Of a DNA stretch of 64,000 nucleotides, positions 10,015-20,660 are shown piece by piece (positions within the stretch are counted from its first letter, which is position 1; every line of letters starts with the position of its first letter). Where the stretch lies: NCBI GenBank assembly GCA_965202625.1, contig CBDBBI010000010.1:2144001-2208000 (forward strand). The letters run 5' to 3'. Made by a program: the position numbers and the translations under genes. The notes beneath the pieces were generated by a model that saw only the letters and a program-made list of their open reading frames with translations, did not search any database and was not told where the DNA came from. The stretch comes from a bacterium (GTDB taxonomy: Bacteria; UBA8248).

Positions 10015-10758
10015 CTAGATCGCGCACCAGCCGTCATCGACGATGAGGTCGAGGCCGTGTACCGCACTGGCGTCCTCGGAGGCGAGGAACACCGCCGCAC
10101 CCGCCATCTCGGCCGTCGATATGTAGGCCCGGCCCGTGGGGGTGTAGCTCGCCATGCGCTTCACGAACTCCGGGTCGTCCTGTAGGTGCTGGTTGAGGGG
10201 CGTGGCCGTGTTGCCCGGCGAGATGGAGTTCACGTTGATGCCGCACTTCGATATCTCCGCCGCAAGTGCGCGGGTGAGCATATAGACTCCGCCCTTGCTC
10301 GCACAGTAGGGCACCGCGTTGGGAAAGGCGTGGGTGGCGGCGATGGAGGCGACGAAGATGATCTTGCCGGCTTTCTTCTCCTTCATGATGGGCACGACCG
10401 CCTGGGCGAGCAGAAAGTTGCCCTTGAGGTTGACGTCGATGACGTCGTCCCATTCCTCCTCGGAATATCCCTCCAGCTCCTTGTTGATCATGATGCCCGC
10501 GTTTCCGACCAGGACGTCCACCGTCCCGAAGGCGGCCACCACGTCCGCCACCATCTCCTCCACGGCCGCCTTGCGGGATACGTCGCACGGAAACGCCCTG
10601 GCCGCCTCGCCGATCTCGGAGGCGAGGGCTTCTCCTTTCTCCGCAGTGCGGTTCACGATGGCCACGCGCGCACCCTCCTCCGCATAGCGGCGGCAGATGG
10701 CCGCACCGATTCCCTGCGAGCCGCCGGTGACGACAGCGACTTTCTCCTTCAGCCTCAT
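10015..10758 (-). CDS. short-chain dehydrogenase/reductase
   Basis: TGGSQGIG, NAG, YCASK, PG motif. Confidence 0.92.
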   Translation of the reverse strand: MRLKEKVAVVTGGSQGIGAAICRRYAEEGARVAIVNRTAEKGEALASEIGEAARAFPCDVSRKAAVEEMVADVVAAFGTVDVLVGNAGIMINKELEGYSEEEWDDVIDVNLKGNFLLAQAVVPIMKEKKAGKIIFVASIAATHAFPNAVPYCASKGGVYMLTRALAAEISKCGINVNSISPGNTATPLNQHLQDDPEFVKRMASYTPTGRAYISTAEMAGAAVFLASEDASAVHGLDLIVDDGWCAI

Positions 10759-11105
10759 GGGCGTCTCCTCCCCTCGGGGCGTTCGGGCTTTTCTGAAAGC
10801 GAAAAATCTCCCGCCTGATGCAGTGTGCCGCACATGATACCCCCCTTTGGCCGTGAGGGGAAGGGGGAGGGAATTGCCCCGTTCTGTCTCGTGCTCGCCG
10901 CCCGGCATGGCATCTCCGGAGAACCTATTCCTTGTAAATGTCCCCTTAAAGGGCTTTATCCAGTCGATACGCCTTAAAATACTCCGATATTTAGGGTTAT
11001 TTTGCTCCGAAATTTCTATTGCGACCTCAATATATGGAGACTATATTTTTATGGATATCGGAAGCGTGAAGTTTGAGAGGTTCTCATTCATATTTGGAGG
11101 CTGCG

Positions 11106-12089
11106 ATGCGAATAGACCCGGAAACACTGAAGAAGCTGCGCAAGGCGAGGGGGCTCAGCCAGGAGATGCTGGCGGACGTATCGAGAGTCTCCAAGAAAAC
11201 CATCGCCAGAATAGAGACGGGAAAGGGGGGCGAGACGCGCGGAGGCACCGCCAAGGAGCTTGCCAAGGCCCTGAGCGTCAAGATCGAAGTCCTGACCGGA
11301 GAGCCTGGGACTGCGCACGGAAACATGGCGGAGGAGAGCTCCGACTTCCTGGCCGGGGAAGGCGTCTCCAGTCGAATTTTAGGCACCGCGTTCTATCGCC
11401 ACAGGATTACCCTCAGTGGCGAAGCTCTGCTCGCCTATGACCTGGTGAGGGAGCATTACCGCGTGGACATGCTGTCGCTCGTTCATGCGGCACCACTGCT
11501 CTTCACCCTTCTGGCGGAGATGAGCCTCGCCGACCGCCGCCGCCGAGCCGATGAAGTGAACGCAGCCTTGGAAGGAAAATTCCCGGAACACCTAGCACCC
11601 CTGAATTTGCATCATCTCTGGGATGAGTTGGTCTTCATCTCCTGGCGGGATATTTTTGCCCGTAATGTAGGAGATCCTGAATATAATGAAATGTTCGATG
11701 ATTGCTATCGAAACGAAGAGTATTTTGAAGAAAGGCGCAACCCTTTCTCCGATTTTTTGGGCCGGCTGGCGAAGGATATGGGCCCCCAGAACGACGCGAT
11801 TGATCCTGAGAAGATACATTTCGATGTGGAAGGGAGCGGATTCCTCCACAAGTTCTCTCTTTTCAATAAATTCCGGGAAAAACTCACGGGCGGTTCCTCT
11901 CGCGCCGACTGCGCCCTTGATGGCGGATATGCGCGCATCAGGAATATTCCCAGAGAGCTCATGCCCCCGCGGAGAGCAGACGAGGAAGACGAGGCCGCCG
12001 CCGCGCGCGTGAAGTGGCTGGAGGAGCGCATTCCGGACGAGGACTGGGAGGAGTATCAAACTCATAGGCTGGTCAAAATCGAATTCTAG
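11106..12089 (+). CDS. XRE-family helix-turn-helix protein with long C-terminal domain
   Basis: LKKLRKARGLSQEMLA...TIARIETG HTH. Confidence 0.8.
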   Translation: MRIDPETLKKLRKARGLSQEMLADVSRVSKKTIARIETGKGGETRGGTAKELAKALSVKIEVLTGEPGTAHGNMAEESSDFLAGEGVSSRILGTAFYRHRITLSGEALLAYDLVREHYRVDMLSLVHAAPLLFTLLAEMSLADRRRRADEVNAALEGKFPEHLAPLNLHHLWDELVFISWRDIFARNVGDPEYNEMFDDCYRNEEYFEERRNPFSDFLGRLAKDMGPQNDAIDPEKIHFDVEGSGFLHKFSLFNKFREKLTGGSSRADCALDGGYARIRNIPRELMPPRRADEEDEAAAARVKWLEERIPDEDWEEYQTHRLVKIEF

Positions 12090-12116
12090 CAAATCTAAAT
12101 GAGGGAGGAAGCGAGA

Positions 12117-12458
12117 ATGCGTAAATTCCACCTGAACGTGACCAAACACGCCGAGGCGCGCATGAGTCAGCGAGGGGTGCGAAATAAGGGCGTCGCGTTG
12201 GTCTATCAACACGGGACGCAGATCGGCCCCTCCGAGTGGTTCATGAAACGCTCTGACGCTGCGCGTGAAATCCGGCAGCTGGAGCGCGACTTGGGGAGCG
12301 GGAACCAGCGATTCGAACCCGCTCTGAAGCGTAAGGTGCAGCGGCTTGAGCGTCTGAGGGGTCTCCAGGTCGTCGTTCAAGGCGACGCTTTGCTCACCTG
12401 CTATCGACCAAGCGAAGCGCATCAGCGTCGAGTGCGTCGCAGGGGGAGGAATACCTGA
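12117..12458 (+). CDS. DUF4258-like small basic protein (copy 1)
   Basis: TKHAEARMSQRGV motif; GGAGG RBS. Confidence 0.65.
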   Translation: MRKFHLNVTKHAEARMSQRGVRNKGVALVYQHGTQIGPSEWFMKRSDAAREIRQLERDLGSGNQRFEPALKRKVQRLERLRGLQVVVQGDALLTCYRPSEAHQRRVRRRGRNT

Positions 12459-13072
12459 TGTCTCCATTCCGCACGATTGAAATTGATTTCGACGTCCACA
12501 AAGCGATTGAGGCTCGACAAAATTTTGCCGATTCGCCGAATGATGTCTTGCGTCGTCTTTTGAGAATTGAAGATCGCGGTAGAGAAGCGCTGTCGGGCAA
12601 AGGCTTGACAGGGCGGGGGCCTTCTGAAAATTCCACAATCAGGAGGAGGGCGAACGATAAGCGCCGACCTGCGGGGAGCGCAAGTAAAAGAAAAAAAAGG
12701 CGCGTTAAAAAAAAGGGCGGTAGATATGCGGGCGGTGACGTAATTAGGGGCCAATTCCTGCATGTCCGCGCGAAACATCGTTTCGTTGAAGAAATGTCTC
12801 CGAGGGATGGGCTATCGTGGTGGGGCAAAGGAGGCTTGGAATTGCCCCATGGAACGAAGTTGCAGATGAGATATAACGGTCGCAAGTATACCGGCGTCAT
12901 CCATAATGGGGATTGGTTGGTGGAGGGCAGAGTGTATAAAAGTCCGTCACACGCAGCCGGTGGCGTTGCCGTCACTAAGAATGGGGGGAAAACTTCTCTT
13001 GACGGCTGGAGGTACTGGGAGGTTAAGCGCCCTTCTGATGAAAATTGGATTCCCATTGAAAAATTCCGCTAG
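12458..13072 (+). CDS. protein with N-terminal SeqA/RHH-like segment and C-terminal RAMA/DUF4357-like domain
   Basis: TIEIDFDVHK...NDVLRRLL; LPHGTKL...YKSPSHAA...DGWRYW. Confidence 0.6.
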   Translation: MSPFRTIEIDFDVHKAIEARQNFADSPNDVLRRLLRIEDRGREALSGKGLTGRGPSENSTIRRRANDKRRPAGSASKRKKRRVKKKGGRYAGGDVIRGQFLHVRAKHRFVEEMSPRDGLSWWGKGGLELPHGTKLQMRYNGRKYTGVIHNGDWLVEGRVYKSPSHAAGGVAVTKNGGKTSLDGWRYWEVKRPSDENWIPIEKFR

Positions 13073-13127
13073 TCAGATGAGGACAAAAAAGTTCTTGGTA
13101 ATTCGTCCAACAAGGGAGGAATAGCGA

Positions 13128-13568
13128 ATGTTGAAATTCCACCTGAACTTGACCGACCACGCCGAGGCGCGCATGAGCCAGCGAGGGGTGCGAAATAAAG
13201 ACGTCGCGTTGGTCTATCAACACGGGACGCAGATCGGCCCCTCCGAGTGGTTCATGAAAGACTCTGACGCTGCGCGTGAAATGGAAGGACGCCCTCCTGA
13301 GAGGGATGGGCGATCGTGGTGGGGGGAAGGCGTGGAGTTGCCCCATGGAACGAAGTTGCGGATGAAATACGGCCCTTGCGAGTATACCGGCGTCATCCAT
13401 AATGGCCATTGGTTGGTGGAGGGCAGAGAGTATGGAAGTCCGTCAGGCGCAGCCGGTGGTGTTGCCGTCACCAAGAAGGGGCAGAAAACTCATCTTGATG
13501 GCTGGATTTATTGGGAAGTGAAGCGCCCTTTTGACCAAGGTTGGGTTGTCATAAACAGATTGCGCTAG
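13128..13568 (+). CDS. chimeric DUF4258-like/RAMA-like protein
   Basis: First ~52 aa near-identical to 12117-12458; remainder similar to the C-terminus of 12458-13072. Confidence 0.65.
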   Translation: MLKFHLNLTDHAEARMSQRGVRNKDVALVYQHGTQIGPSEWFMKDSDAAREMEGRPPERDGRSWWGEGVELPHGTKLRMKYGPCEYTGVIHNGHWLVEGREYGSPSGAAGGVAVTKKGQKTHLDGWIYWEVKRPFDQGWVVINRLR

Positions 13569-13623
13569 CCGGATGAGGACAAAAAAGTTCTTGGTAATTC
13601 GCCAAACTAGGGAGGAAGCGAGA

Positions 13624-13992
13624 ATGCGTAAATTCCACCTGAACGTGACCGAACACGCCGAGACGCGCATGAGCCAGCGAGGGGTGCGAGAGGAGGACGT
13701 CAAGTTGGTCTTGGATTACGGGACGCAGATCGGCCCCTCCGAGTGGTTCATGAAAGACTCCGACGTTGCGCGTGAAATGGAAAACATAAAGCGCGTGTTC
13801 CAGCAGCTGGAGGGCGACTTGGGGAGCGGGAAGCAGCTATTGGAACGCGCCCTGAAACGTAAAGCCCAACGGCTTGAGCGTCTGAGGGGTCTCCAGGTCG
13901 TCGTTGAAGGGGATGATATGATCACCTGCCTTCGACCAAGCGAGGCGCATCTGCGTCGCGTGCGCCGGGCGGGAAGGAGGCACCGCAGATGA
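13624..13992 (+). CDS. DUF4258-like small basic protein (copy 3)
   Basis: Full-length paralog of 12117-12458. Confidence 0.65.
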   Translation: MRKFHLNVTEHAETRMSQRGVREEDVKLVLDYGTQIGPSEWFMKDSDVAREMENIKRVFQQLEGDLGSGKQLLERALKRKAQRLERLRGLQVVVEGDDMITCLRPSEAHLRRVRRAGRRHRR

Positions 13993-14273
13993 GCGGCGAG
14001 AGCACCGCGCCCGCGCCCGCCCTCACGCGCGAGGATCTGCCTTGCGCGGCTTTTGCAACGCCCTTTCAGCACCCTTGCATGGCCGTTTCCGAGCCGTTTA
14101 CGCCCCGAAAAACGGTCTTTATTCAGGGCGTTTCGCAATGACTTTTGTCCGGCTATATGTATGGGGGGTTCTGTGCGCCTCGGAGGCAATGGCGATGGCG
14201 GGGAGGGTGCGGAACGGCGAGGGGAGGGGGCGTTCCCGATTCCGGCGCAACCGCTCCCTCGGGCGTGTTGGAC

Positions 14274-16076
14274 TTATCCTCCGCGCAGCTCGGCGCGCCG
14301 CCGCGCGGTTTTCTCCTCGTCCACCTCGCCGCGCCCATCAATGGCGACGCCATAGACCGCATACGCCCGCTCTTTTGTGATCCACCGCTCCTCCACGTCC
14401 TCGCGCACCTTCTCGACGGGACGCTCGCCCGGCGGGCCGTAGCCGCCCCCGCCCGTGCAGTAGGAGGCCACGTTCTCTCCGGGCTTGAGAACGACGTCCG
14501 CACAGGCGGGCAAATCCTCCAGGCGTCCGTCCGCGCGCATGAGGTAGTTTCTGCATACCGCCCCGTTCATGCCGCCGCGCGTTCCCTGGGAGGCGTTTAT
14601 CGCCCCGTCCGACACGTAGAGGACTTCCAGGTCCCCTCCGCCCACGGGGCCGTATTCGCAATAGCCCGAAGGGGCACCCGTCGTCCGGCCCGCCCCCTCG
14701 GTGTCGGGGACGAGCCTTCTGGTCTTGACGTAGATGGGGAAGTGGAGCTCGTCCAGCTCGATGCTGTCCACGAAGCACATGCCGGCGTTTCCCGCGTGCA
14801 GGATGGTGAGCCAGGCGTCGGTCTTCCCCGCCCCCGCCCCTCCGGTGACCATCAGGAACAGGTGGTTCACGAAGGGTTCGTCGCCGTTTCTGGGGTCGAA
14901 GCCCGATATGACGCCCATCGAGGCGGGGAATATCGGCCCGCACTCCGCCAGCCCGATGCCGTCCTGTATCATCGAGAAGGCACGCTGGACGGGGTTCGTC
15001 ACGCGGTCGGCGAGGTTGGTGGTGGCGACCGACATGGAGGTGGGGTGCCTGCCCCCGCCGGCGACGGAGCCCTCGCGAATGAGGACGCGGATGCGGCGGA
15101 AGCTGCCCGCGTTCGTGGGCACGACGTCGTCGATGCTGTTGAACACGCCGATCATCGCTCCGGTGCGCGCACACGCCTCGCTCAGGTTCAGCCCGCAGGG
15201 CATGGCGTCGGGGTTGTCCCGCAGGTCTACCTCGATGGCGGCGCGCGCGCTGTCCACCCGCACGTGGGCGGTGATGGGAATGCCCTCCTCCGGCGTGCCC
15301 GGCACGGGGTCGTGTGTGCTGTGGGCGGTGGCCTGGCCGGTGGGGAGCTTCCGAATGGCGGAGATCATGCGCTTCTCGCTGTAGTCGAACCACTCCTCCG
15401 TGAAGGTGTGCAGCGTCTCCCAGCCGTATTCCTCGCCCATGGCGAGTACCTCGCGCTCGCCGATGCGCGCAGCACCTATCATCGCCAGGTAGTCGCCGTA
15501 CCATTGCTCGGGTACGCGAATGCGCATCCGGCAGAGGCGGATGAAATCCTGGTTGTCCTCGTAGTTCTCCTGTACCTTGGTGGGCGGGAATATGAGCGCG
15601 CCCTCCTCATACACGTCGCGCGCCCCGCCCATGTAGGTGGTGGGCTGGCTGCATCCGCAATCCGCCTGATGGGCCTTGACCCACACGGTGAACCGGTGCG
15701 TTCCCCGCCCGTCGATGACGGGGACGAGGATGGTGTGATCCGCCGGGTGCGAGCAGCCGTGATAGGGCGAGTTGTGGAGATACGCGTCGCCCCGCTTGAG
15801 GTCGGGGTGCAGGTCCATCATCGAGCGCGCCATCAGGTCCGCCCCGCTCAGGTGGTGGATGGGCAGGGATTCCGCACCCGTGAGCAGCGCGCACTCGCGC
15901 GTCACCACCGAGGTGGAGAAATCGCGCGCGAGGTTCAGAACGCCCGAGCGGCCCGTGCGCAGCAGGGTGTTCGCCATCTTCGCCGTCACGGCGTCGAAGC
16001 GCTTGTGCAGCACGGCCAGGGTGACCGGGTCGAACCCGCTTCTTTTTCCGGAGCGTCTCGTCTTCCCTCTCGCCAT
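14274..16076 (-). CDS. hydantoinase B/oxoprolinase family protein
   Basis: DPVTLAV, RDFST, NSPYHGCSHPAD, KAHQADCG, TGGGGYG. Confidence 0.9.
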   Translation of the reverse strand: MARGKTRRSGKRSGFDPVTLAVLHKRFDAVTAKMANTLLRTGRSGVLNLARDFSTSVVTRECALLTGAESLPIHHLSGADLMARSMMDLHPDLKRGDAYLHNSPYHGCSHPADHTILVPVIDGRGTHRFTVWVKAHQADCGCSQPTTYMGGARDVYEEGALIFPPTKVQENYEDNQDFIRLCRMRIRVPEQWYGDYLAMIGAARIGEREVLAMGEEYGWETLHTFTEEWFDYSEKRMISAIRKLPTGQATAHSTHDPVPGTPEEGIPITAHVRVDSARAAIEVDLRDNPDAMPCGLNLSEACARTGAMIGVFNSIDDVVPTNAGSFRRIRVLIREGSVAGGGRHPTSMSVATTNLADRVTNPVQRAFSMIQDGIGLAECGPIFPASMGVISGFDPRNGDEPFVNHLFLMVTGGAGAGKTDAWLTILHAGNAGMCFVDSIELDELHFPIYVKTRRLVPDTEGAGRTTGAPSGYCEYGPVGGGDLEVLYVSDGAINASQGTRGGMNGAVCRNYLMRADGRLEDLPACADVVLKPGENVASYCTGGGGYGPPGERPVEKVREDVEERWITKERAYAVYGVAIDGRGEVDEEKTARRRAELRGG

Positions 16077-16087
16077 GTCGCTGACTC

Positions 16088-18154
16088 CTAGAGCGTGATG
16101 CGGAGGCTTCCGCTTCCCGTTCGCGCGGCGCGCGCCCCCGGATCGATCACCACCGTCGTGAAGGGAGATTCCACGACGGCGGGCCCGCACAGGGCGGCGT
16201 CGGGCTGCATTGCGTCGAACGCGGCGACGCGGGCGTTCACGAGTCCTTTTCCCTCGAACCACGCCTTGCGTCTTTTGGGAAGCGCGGCTTCGCGGACGGT
16301 TCCGCGGGCGAGCCTGCCGAGGCGGCCCTTCCGCAGCCTGCACCGCGCCACGGCGCGCCAGCCGACGAACTCCACCTCGGAGGAGGGGTCGCGGAACGCG
16401 AAAACCTCCTCGTGTGCCTCGTCGAACGCCGCGCGCACCTCGCGCACGTCCTTTTTCGAGCGGAAGCGATGGCCCGGCAGGCGCAGGTCGATCTCCCATA
16501 TCTGGTGTTTGTAGCGCGCCTCGACGTAATACTCGACCGCACTCTCCGCCGCCCCCTTGCCGGGGCCCCGGATGAAGGCGCGGCAGCGCGCCCCGAGGTT
16601 TCGCAGCGTTGCGTTCGCACCGAGAAAGTCGAACCGATCCGTGGCGGTGAAGAACATCGAGCGGTAATCGGCGTGCAGGTCGCTCATCAGCGCACCCGCC
16701 GCCGAGAGTGCCGCGCCCACCTCGGGAATCACGAGACATTGGCATCCCAGGCGTCTGGCGATGGCGACGGAGTTCAGCCCCGCCGCTCCGCCCCCGCCGA
16801 TGAGCACGGCCCCTCTGGGGTCGATGCCCTGGTGGATGGTGATCTCCTCAATGGCTCCCACCATGTTCTCCGTCGCAAGGCGCAGGATGGCCGAGGCCGC
16901 CTCCTGAAGGGAGAGCCCCAGGGGGGCGGCCACGTGTTCGGATATGGCCTCCTCCGCCTCCGGCAGGCGGAGGGTCATCGCTCCGCCCAGAAAGTAGTCC
17001 GGATCGATGTGGCCCAGAACGAGCGAGGCGTCCGTGAGGGTGGGGTGCGTTCCGCCCCGGCCGTAGCAGGCGGGGCCCGGCGCCGCACCCGCACTCTGCG
17101 GCCCCACGTGGAGGAGTCCCCCCTCGTCCACCCAGGCGATGCTCCCCCCGCCCGCACCGATGCTCTTCACGTCCACGGACGGGAAGCCCAGAATGTGCCC
17201 CCGGTAGCGCTGTCCGAGCCAGGTCTCGGGCGTCATCGGTATCTCGCCCCTGCGCACGAGGCTCACGTCGTAGGTGGTACCGCCCGTGTCGGCCACTATC
17301 GCCGTGGCGGCCTTCGCGTCGGTGCGCGAGAAGTGCCGGCCCGCGATGGGTGCCATCGACGGCCCCGAACCCACCGAGTGAATGGGTGCCTCCGCGAGTT
17401 CGTCCGCGTCCATGACGCCGCCCTTGGAGGTGAGCATCAGCAGACGCCCGCCGAAGCCCGCCGCCCGAAGCCGCTCTTGCAGGCCGCCGACGTAGCGGGA
17501 CATGAGGGGCTTGAGAGAGGCGTCGATGCAGGTGGAGGACGCCCGCCGGTATTCCCGGAGAATGGGGTTCAGGACGTGGGAGAGGGTGAAGGGAACGCCC
17601 TCAAGGTGCTCTTTCAGCAGTCGGCCCACGGCGATCTCGTGCGCGGGGTTCACGGTGGACCAGAGCAGGGAGACGGCCACGGCCTCCACCTTCTTCTCCC
17701 GCAGCTCCTCGATGACGGCGAGGACGCCCGCCTCGTCCAGCGGCACATACACGCTGCCGTCGGCACCTACGCGCTCGGGTACCTCGAAGGTGAGGGCGCG
17801 CGGGACGTATGGCTTCGGAAACGGGACGAGGAAGTTGAACGGCTCCATGCGCCCGCCCTCGCGCAGTACCAGGACGTCCGGATGTCCCCGGGTGGTGAGA
17901 AAGGCCGTCCTGGCGGTGTTTCCCGTGACGATGGCGTTGGTGGCGCGCGTGGTGCCGTGAATGAAGAGCTCCCCCTGGGCGAGGAGGGTGCGGGTGGTTT
18001 TCGAGAGGGCCTCCGCCGCCGCATCGACCGCCGCCAGAATGCCCTCCACGGGGTCGTGGGGCGTCGTGGGCGCCTTGAACATGCGCAGACGCCCCCTCGC
18101 TTCCTCCAGGACGAGGTCGGTGAACGTCCCGCCCGTATCGACCGCGAATCGCAT
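16088..18154 (-). CDS. hydantoinase A/oxoprolinase family protein
   Basis: DTGGTFTD, HGTTRATNA, DTGGTTYD, IGAGGGSIA, GPACYG. Confidence 0.9.
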   Translation of the reverse strand: MRFAVDTGGTFTDLVLEEARGRLRMFKAPTTPHDPVEGILAAVDAAAEALSKTTRTLLAQGELFIHGTTRATNAIVTGNTARTAFLTTRGHPDVLVLREGGRMEPFNFLVPFPKPYVPRALTFEVPERVGADGSVYVPLDEAGVLAVIEELREKKVEAVAVSLLWSTVNPAHEIAVGRLLKEHLEGVPFTLSHVLNPILREYRRASSTCIDASLKPLMSRYVGGLQERLRAAGFGGRLLMLTSKGGVMDADELAEAPIHSVGSGPSMAPIAGRHFSRTDAKAATAIVADTGGTTYDVSLVRRGEIPMTPETWLGQRYRGHILGFPSVDVKSIGAGGGSIAWVDEGGLLHVGPQSAGAAPGPACYGRGGTHPTLTDASLVLGHIDPDYFLGGAMTLRLPEAEEAISEHVAAPLGLSLQEAASAILRLATENMVGAIEEITIHQGIDPRGAVLIGGGGAAGLNSVAIARRLGCQCLVIPEVGAALSAAGALMSDLHADYRSMFFTATDRFDFLGANATLRNLGARCRAFIRGPGKGAAESAVEYYVEARYKHQIWEIDLRLPGHRFRSKKDVREVRAAFDEAHEEVFAFRDPSSEVEFVGWRAVARCRLRKGRLGRLARGTVREAALPKRRKAWFEGKGLVNARVAAFDAMQPDAALCGPAVVESPFTTVVIDPGARAARTGSGSLRITL

Positions 18155-18309
18155 TCCGTCGCCTCCCTCCCGATCGCCCGTGCCCTGATGCGCGCCCTGT
18201 GCGCGTTGGGGTTGTCGAGTCGCCATCTGCGAATGGATGATGAATTCGGGAAGAATATATCATTCTCCGGGCGGTGGAGCGCAAGGAGTCATGTGCGATA
18301 TCGGCTCCC

Positions 18310-18993
18310 TCATTCCGAATCGCGCACGTGGGCGTAGTATCGGCTGAGCCTCTGCGCCGGAACGCCCAGGGCGTAGAGGATGCTCAACCCCCACCAGATG
18401 AGAAGGCACCGGGGTTTGCCCCATGCGTCGATGCGGCGTCCGCTGGTGACGATGGGCGTCTCGATGACGGCGACGCGCCCGAAAGCGCGCATCCTCCTGC
18501 TGATCTCCCAATCCTCGAACAGGGGCGTATCGGGGTAGCCGCCCATGTGCTCGAACGCCTCGCGCCGGACGAAGATGGCCTGATCGCCCAAAAAAATTTT
18601 CGCCATTCGGGCGCGCGCGTTGGCACTCAGACTGATGAGGCGGCTGAAGCGATCCTTCCGGTCGAAGCTGTGGAGGAAGCCTCCGCCGGCGACGTCGTCC
18701 GCGCGCATGACGTCCCGGATCGCCCGAAGCCCCCCCCGGGGCAGCCGCGTGTCGCAGTGCAGGAACAGAATCGTCTCCCCAAGCGCCAGGGCGGCGCCCG
18801 CGTTCATCTGGCGCGCGCGTCCGGGCTTTGACCTGACGATGAGGGCGCGCCCCTCGGCCAGGTCGAGCGACCCATCGACGCTTCCCCCGTCGGCGAGGAT
18901 GATCTGCTTCTCCCCCGGCTGGGCATCGAGCATGTCGAGGGCATCGCGCAGGCGCCGCCCTTCGTTGAGGACGGGCACGACGATGGAGAGCAT
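18310..18993 (-). CDS. GT2 glycosyltransferase (TIGR04283-like, rSAM/selenodomain-associated)
   Basis: SIVVPVLNE, DGGS, GRARQMNAGA, FLHCD, GDQAIF, FED, TSGRR. Confidence 0.85.
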   Translation of the reverse strand: MLSIVVPVLNEGRRLRDALDMLDAQPGEKQIILADGGSVDGSLDLAEGRALIVRSKPGRARQMNAGAALALGETILFLHCDTRLPRGGLRAIRDVMRADDVAGGGFLHSFDRKDRFSRLISLSANARARMAKIFLGDQAIFVRREAFEHMGGYPDTPLFEDWEISRRMRAFGRVAVIETPIVTSGRRIDAWGKPRCLLIWWGLSILYALGVPAQRLSRYYAHVRDSE

Positions 18994-19102
18994 CGGTTTC
19001 CTCCCCCTTCATCGAAGCGGTGGGCGAGCGATTCTTTCGGCTATGGTATGATGTCCGGGCTGGCGGGAGCACCCAGGCCGATCCTAACGATTGGAAGCGC
19101 CT

Positions 19103-20602
19103 ATGTCGAGGAGCCGCAGCCGCTTCTTTCATTCGCATCGCCGCGCCCGGCGGGCGTGGGTTCTGGCACTCGCTCTCCTCCTCTCGGGCGCTGCGCTCTC
19201 GGCGAGTCTCGGCTTCTCGCTCTCCTCGGAGCAGGAAGAAGCCGTCGCCCTTCTGCATGAGACCGTGCGGATCGTGGACGAGAATTACGCGCGCACCCCC
19301 GATTTCAGGAAGATGTACCTCGCCGGTCTGGAAGGGCTGAAGAAGGGAGGGGGCGAAGCAGGCTTCGCGTTCGTGGAGAAGGCGGGGAACAGGGTGCTCC
19401 TCAAGGTGCGGGAGAACGCGCTGCTCATTCGCCTCGGAGGAGACGCCGAAGGCGGGCTGGGGGCTTTCGAGCGCGCCTATCGGTTCGTGATGGAGAACGC
19501 CTCGGCGGAGGAGCCGAAAAAGGGCGGGCTGGGCGTCATGTACGCCGCACTCTCCGCCATGCTGGGCTCCCTCGATCCTTTCAGTGCGTTCATCTCGCCG
19601 GAGTCCTATGAGCAGATGAAGGCGGAACATGCGGGCCGTTACGGCGGCGTGGGCGTCATCATCACCCGCAGGGAGAAGAAGCTCACCGTCGTATCGCCCA
19701 TCGAGGACACGCCCGCTTTTCGTGCGGGGCTTCAGTCCGGAGACGTGATTCTGGAGATCGACGGCGCGTCGGTGGCAGACATGGGGTTGTCCGAGGTCGT
19801 CCGCCGAATGCGGGGGCCGGCGGGTGTGCCGGTGGATTTGCTGATCTCGCGGGCGGGCTGGGCACAGCCGCAAAAGGTGCGTCTGCACCGCGCCGTCATC
19901 CGCATTCGCAGCGTGAAGACGGACGTGAAGGAAGGCGGGGTGGGCTATTTGAGAATTACGGCGTTTCATGCCCGAACCACGGAGGAGCTGGACGAGGGGA
20001 TGGACGAGTTGATTCGCAGGGGCGTGCGGGGAATCGTCCTGGACCTGCGCAACAATCCGGGCGGTTTTCTCACGCAATCCGTCAACGTATCCAGGAGATT
20101 TTTACCGGCGGGCAGGATGATCGTCTTCACCCGGGGGCGCAGGCACAGCGAGACGGTGCACTTCAAGACGCACGAGAACGGCGTCTGGCTGGAAAAGCCC
20201 CTGGTGGTGCTGATCAACAAGGGAAGCGCGAGCGCGTCGGAGATCGTGGCCGGTGCCTTGCAGGATACGGATCGCGCCCTCATCATCGGCGAGACCAGCT
20301 TCGGGAAAGGTTCGGTGCAGGCCATCATTCCCACCGGGGGAGCGTCCGCGCTGCGGTTGACGACGGCGAAGTATTACACGCCCCTCGGTCGCCTGATTCA
20401 CGAGAAGGGCATTCGCCCTGACGTCGAGGCGGGCTCGCCTGCGCCGCTCTCCCGCAAGGAGGCGGACGCGCAGCAAAAGGACGAAGCGCTTGCGCTCGCC
20501 GTCGCGGTTCTGAAGGACACCTCGGAGGCGGACGTGGAGGTGCTGCGCGAGGCGGCGATTCGCGCGCGGGGCGGCGTCAGCGCGCGCGCGCCCGTCCCCT
20601 GA
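19103..20602 (+). CDS. S41 family C-terminal processing protease
   Basis: Signal peptide, PDZ (GGVGV, PAFRAGLQSGD), LDLRNNPGG, SASASE, FGKGSVQ. Confidence 0.92.
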   Translation: MSRSRSRFFHSHRRARRAWVLALALLLSGAALSASLGFSLSSEQEEAVALLHETVRIVDENYARTPDFRKMYLAGLEGLKKGGGEAGFAFVEKAGNRVLLKVRENALLIRLGGDAEGGLGAFERAYRFVMENASAEEPKKGGLGVMYAALSAMLGSLDPFSAFISPESYEQMKAEHAGRYGGVGVIITRREKKLTVVSPIEDTPAFRAGLQSGDVILEIDGASVADMGLSEVVRRMRGPAGVPVDLLISRAGWAQPQKVRLHRAVIRIRSVKTDVKEGGVGYLRITAFHARTTEELDEGMDELIRRGVRGIVLDLRNNPGGFLTQSVNVSRRFLPAGRMIVFTRGRRHSETVHFKTHENGVWLEKPLVVLINKGSASASEIVAGALQDTDRALIIGETSFGKGSVQAIIPTGGASALRLTTAKYYTPLGRLIHEKGIRPDVEAGSPAPLSRKEADAQQKDEALALAVAVLKDTSEADVEVLREAAIRARGGVSARAPVP

Positions 20603-20660
20603 GCGCCAAAGCGGAGCCGGAACGGGCGCGCCTTCCGCTTGAGGGACCGCGGCTCCCCGC

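Noticed and set aside
14145-20077. Long antisense ORFs (648, 641 and 605 aa)
   Set aside because: Shadow frames of real GC-rich genes; Arg/Ala/Pro-rich with no motifs
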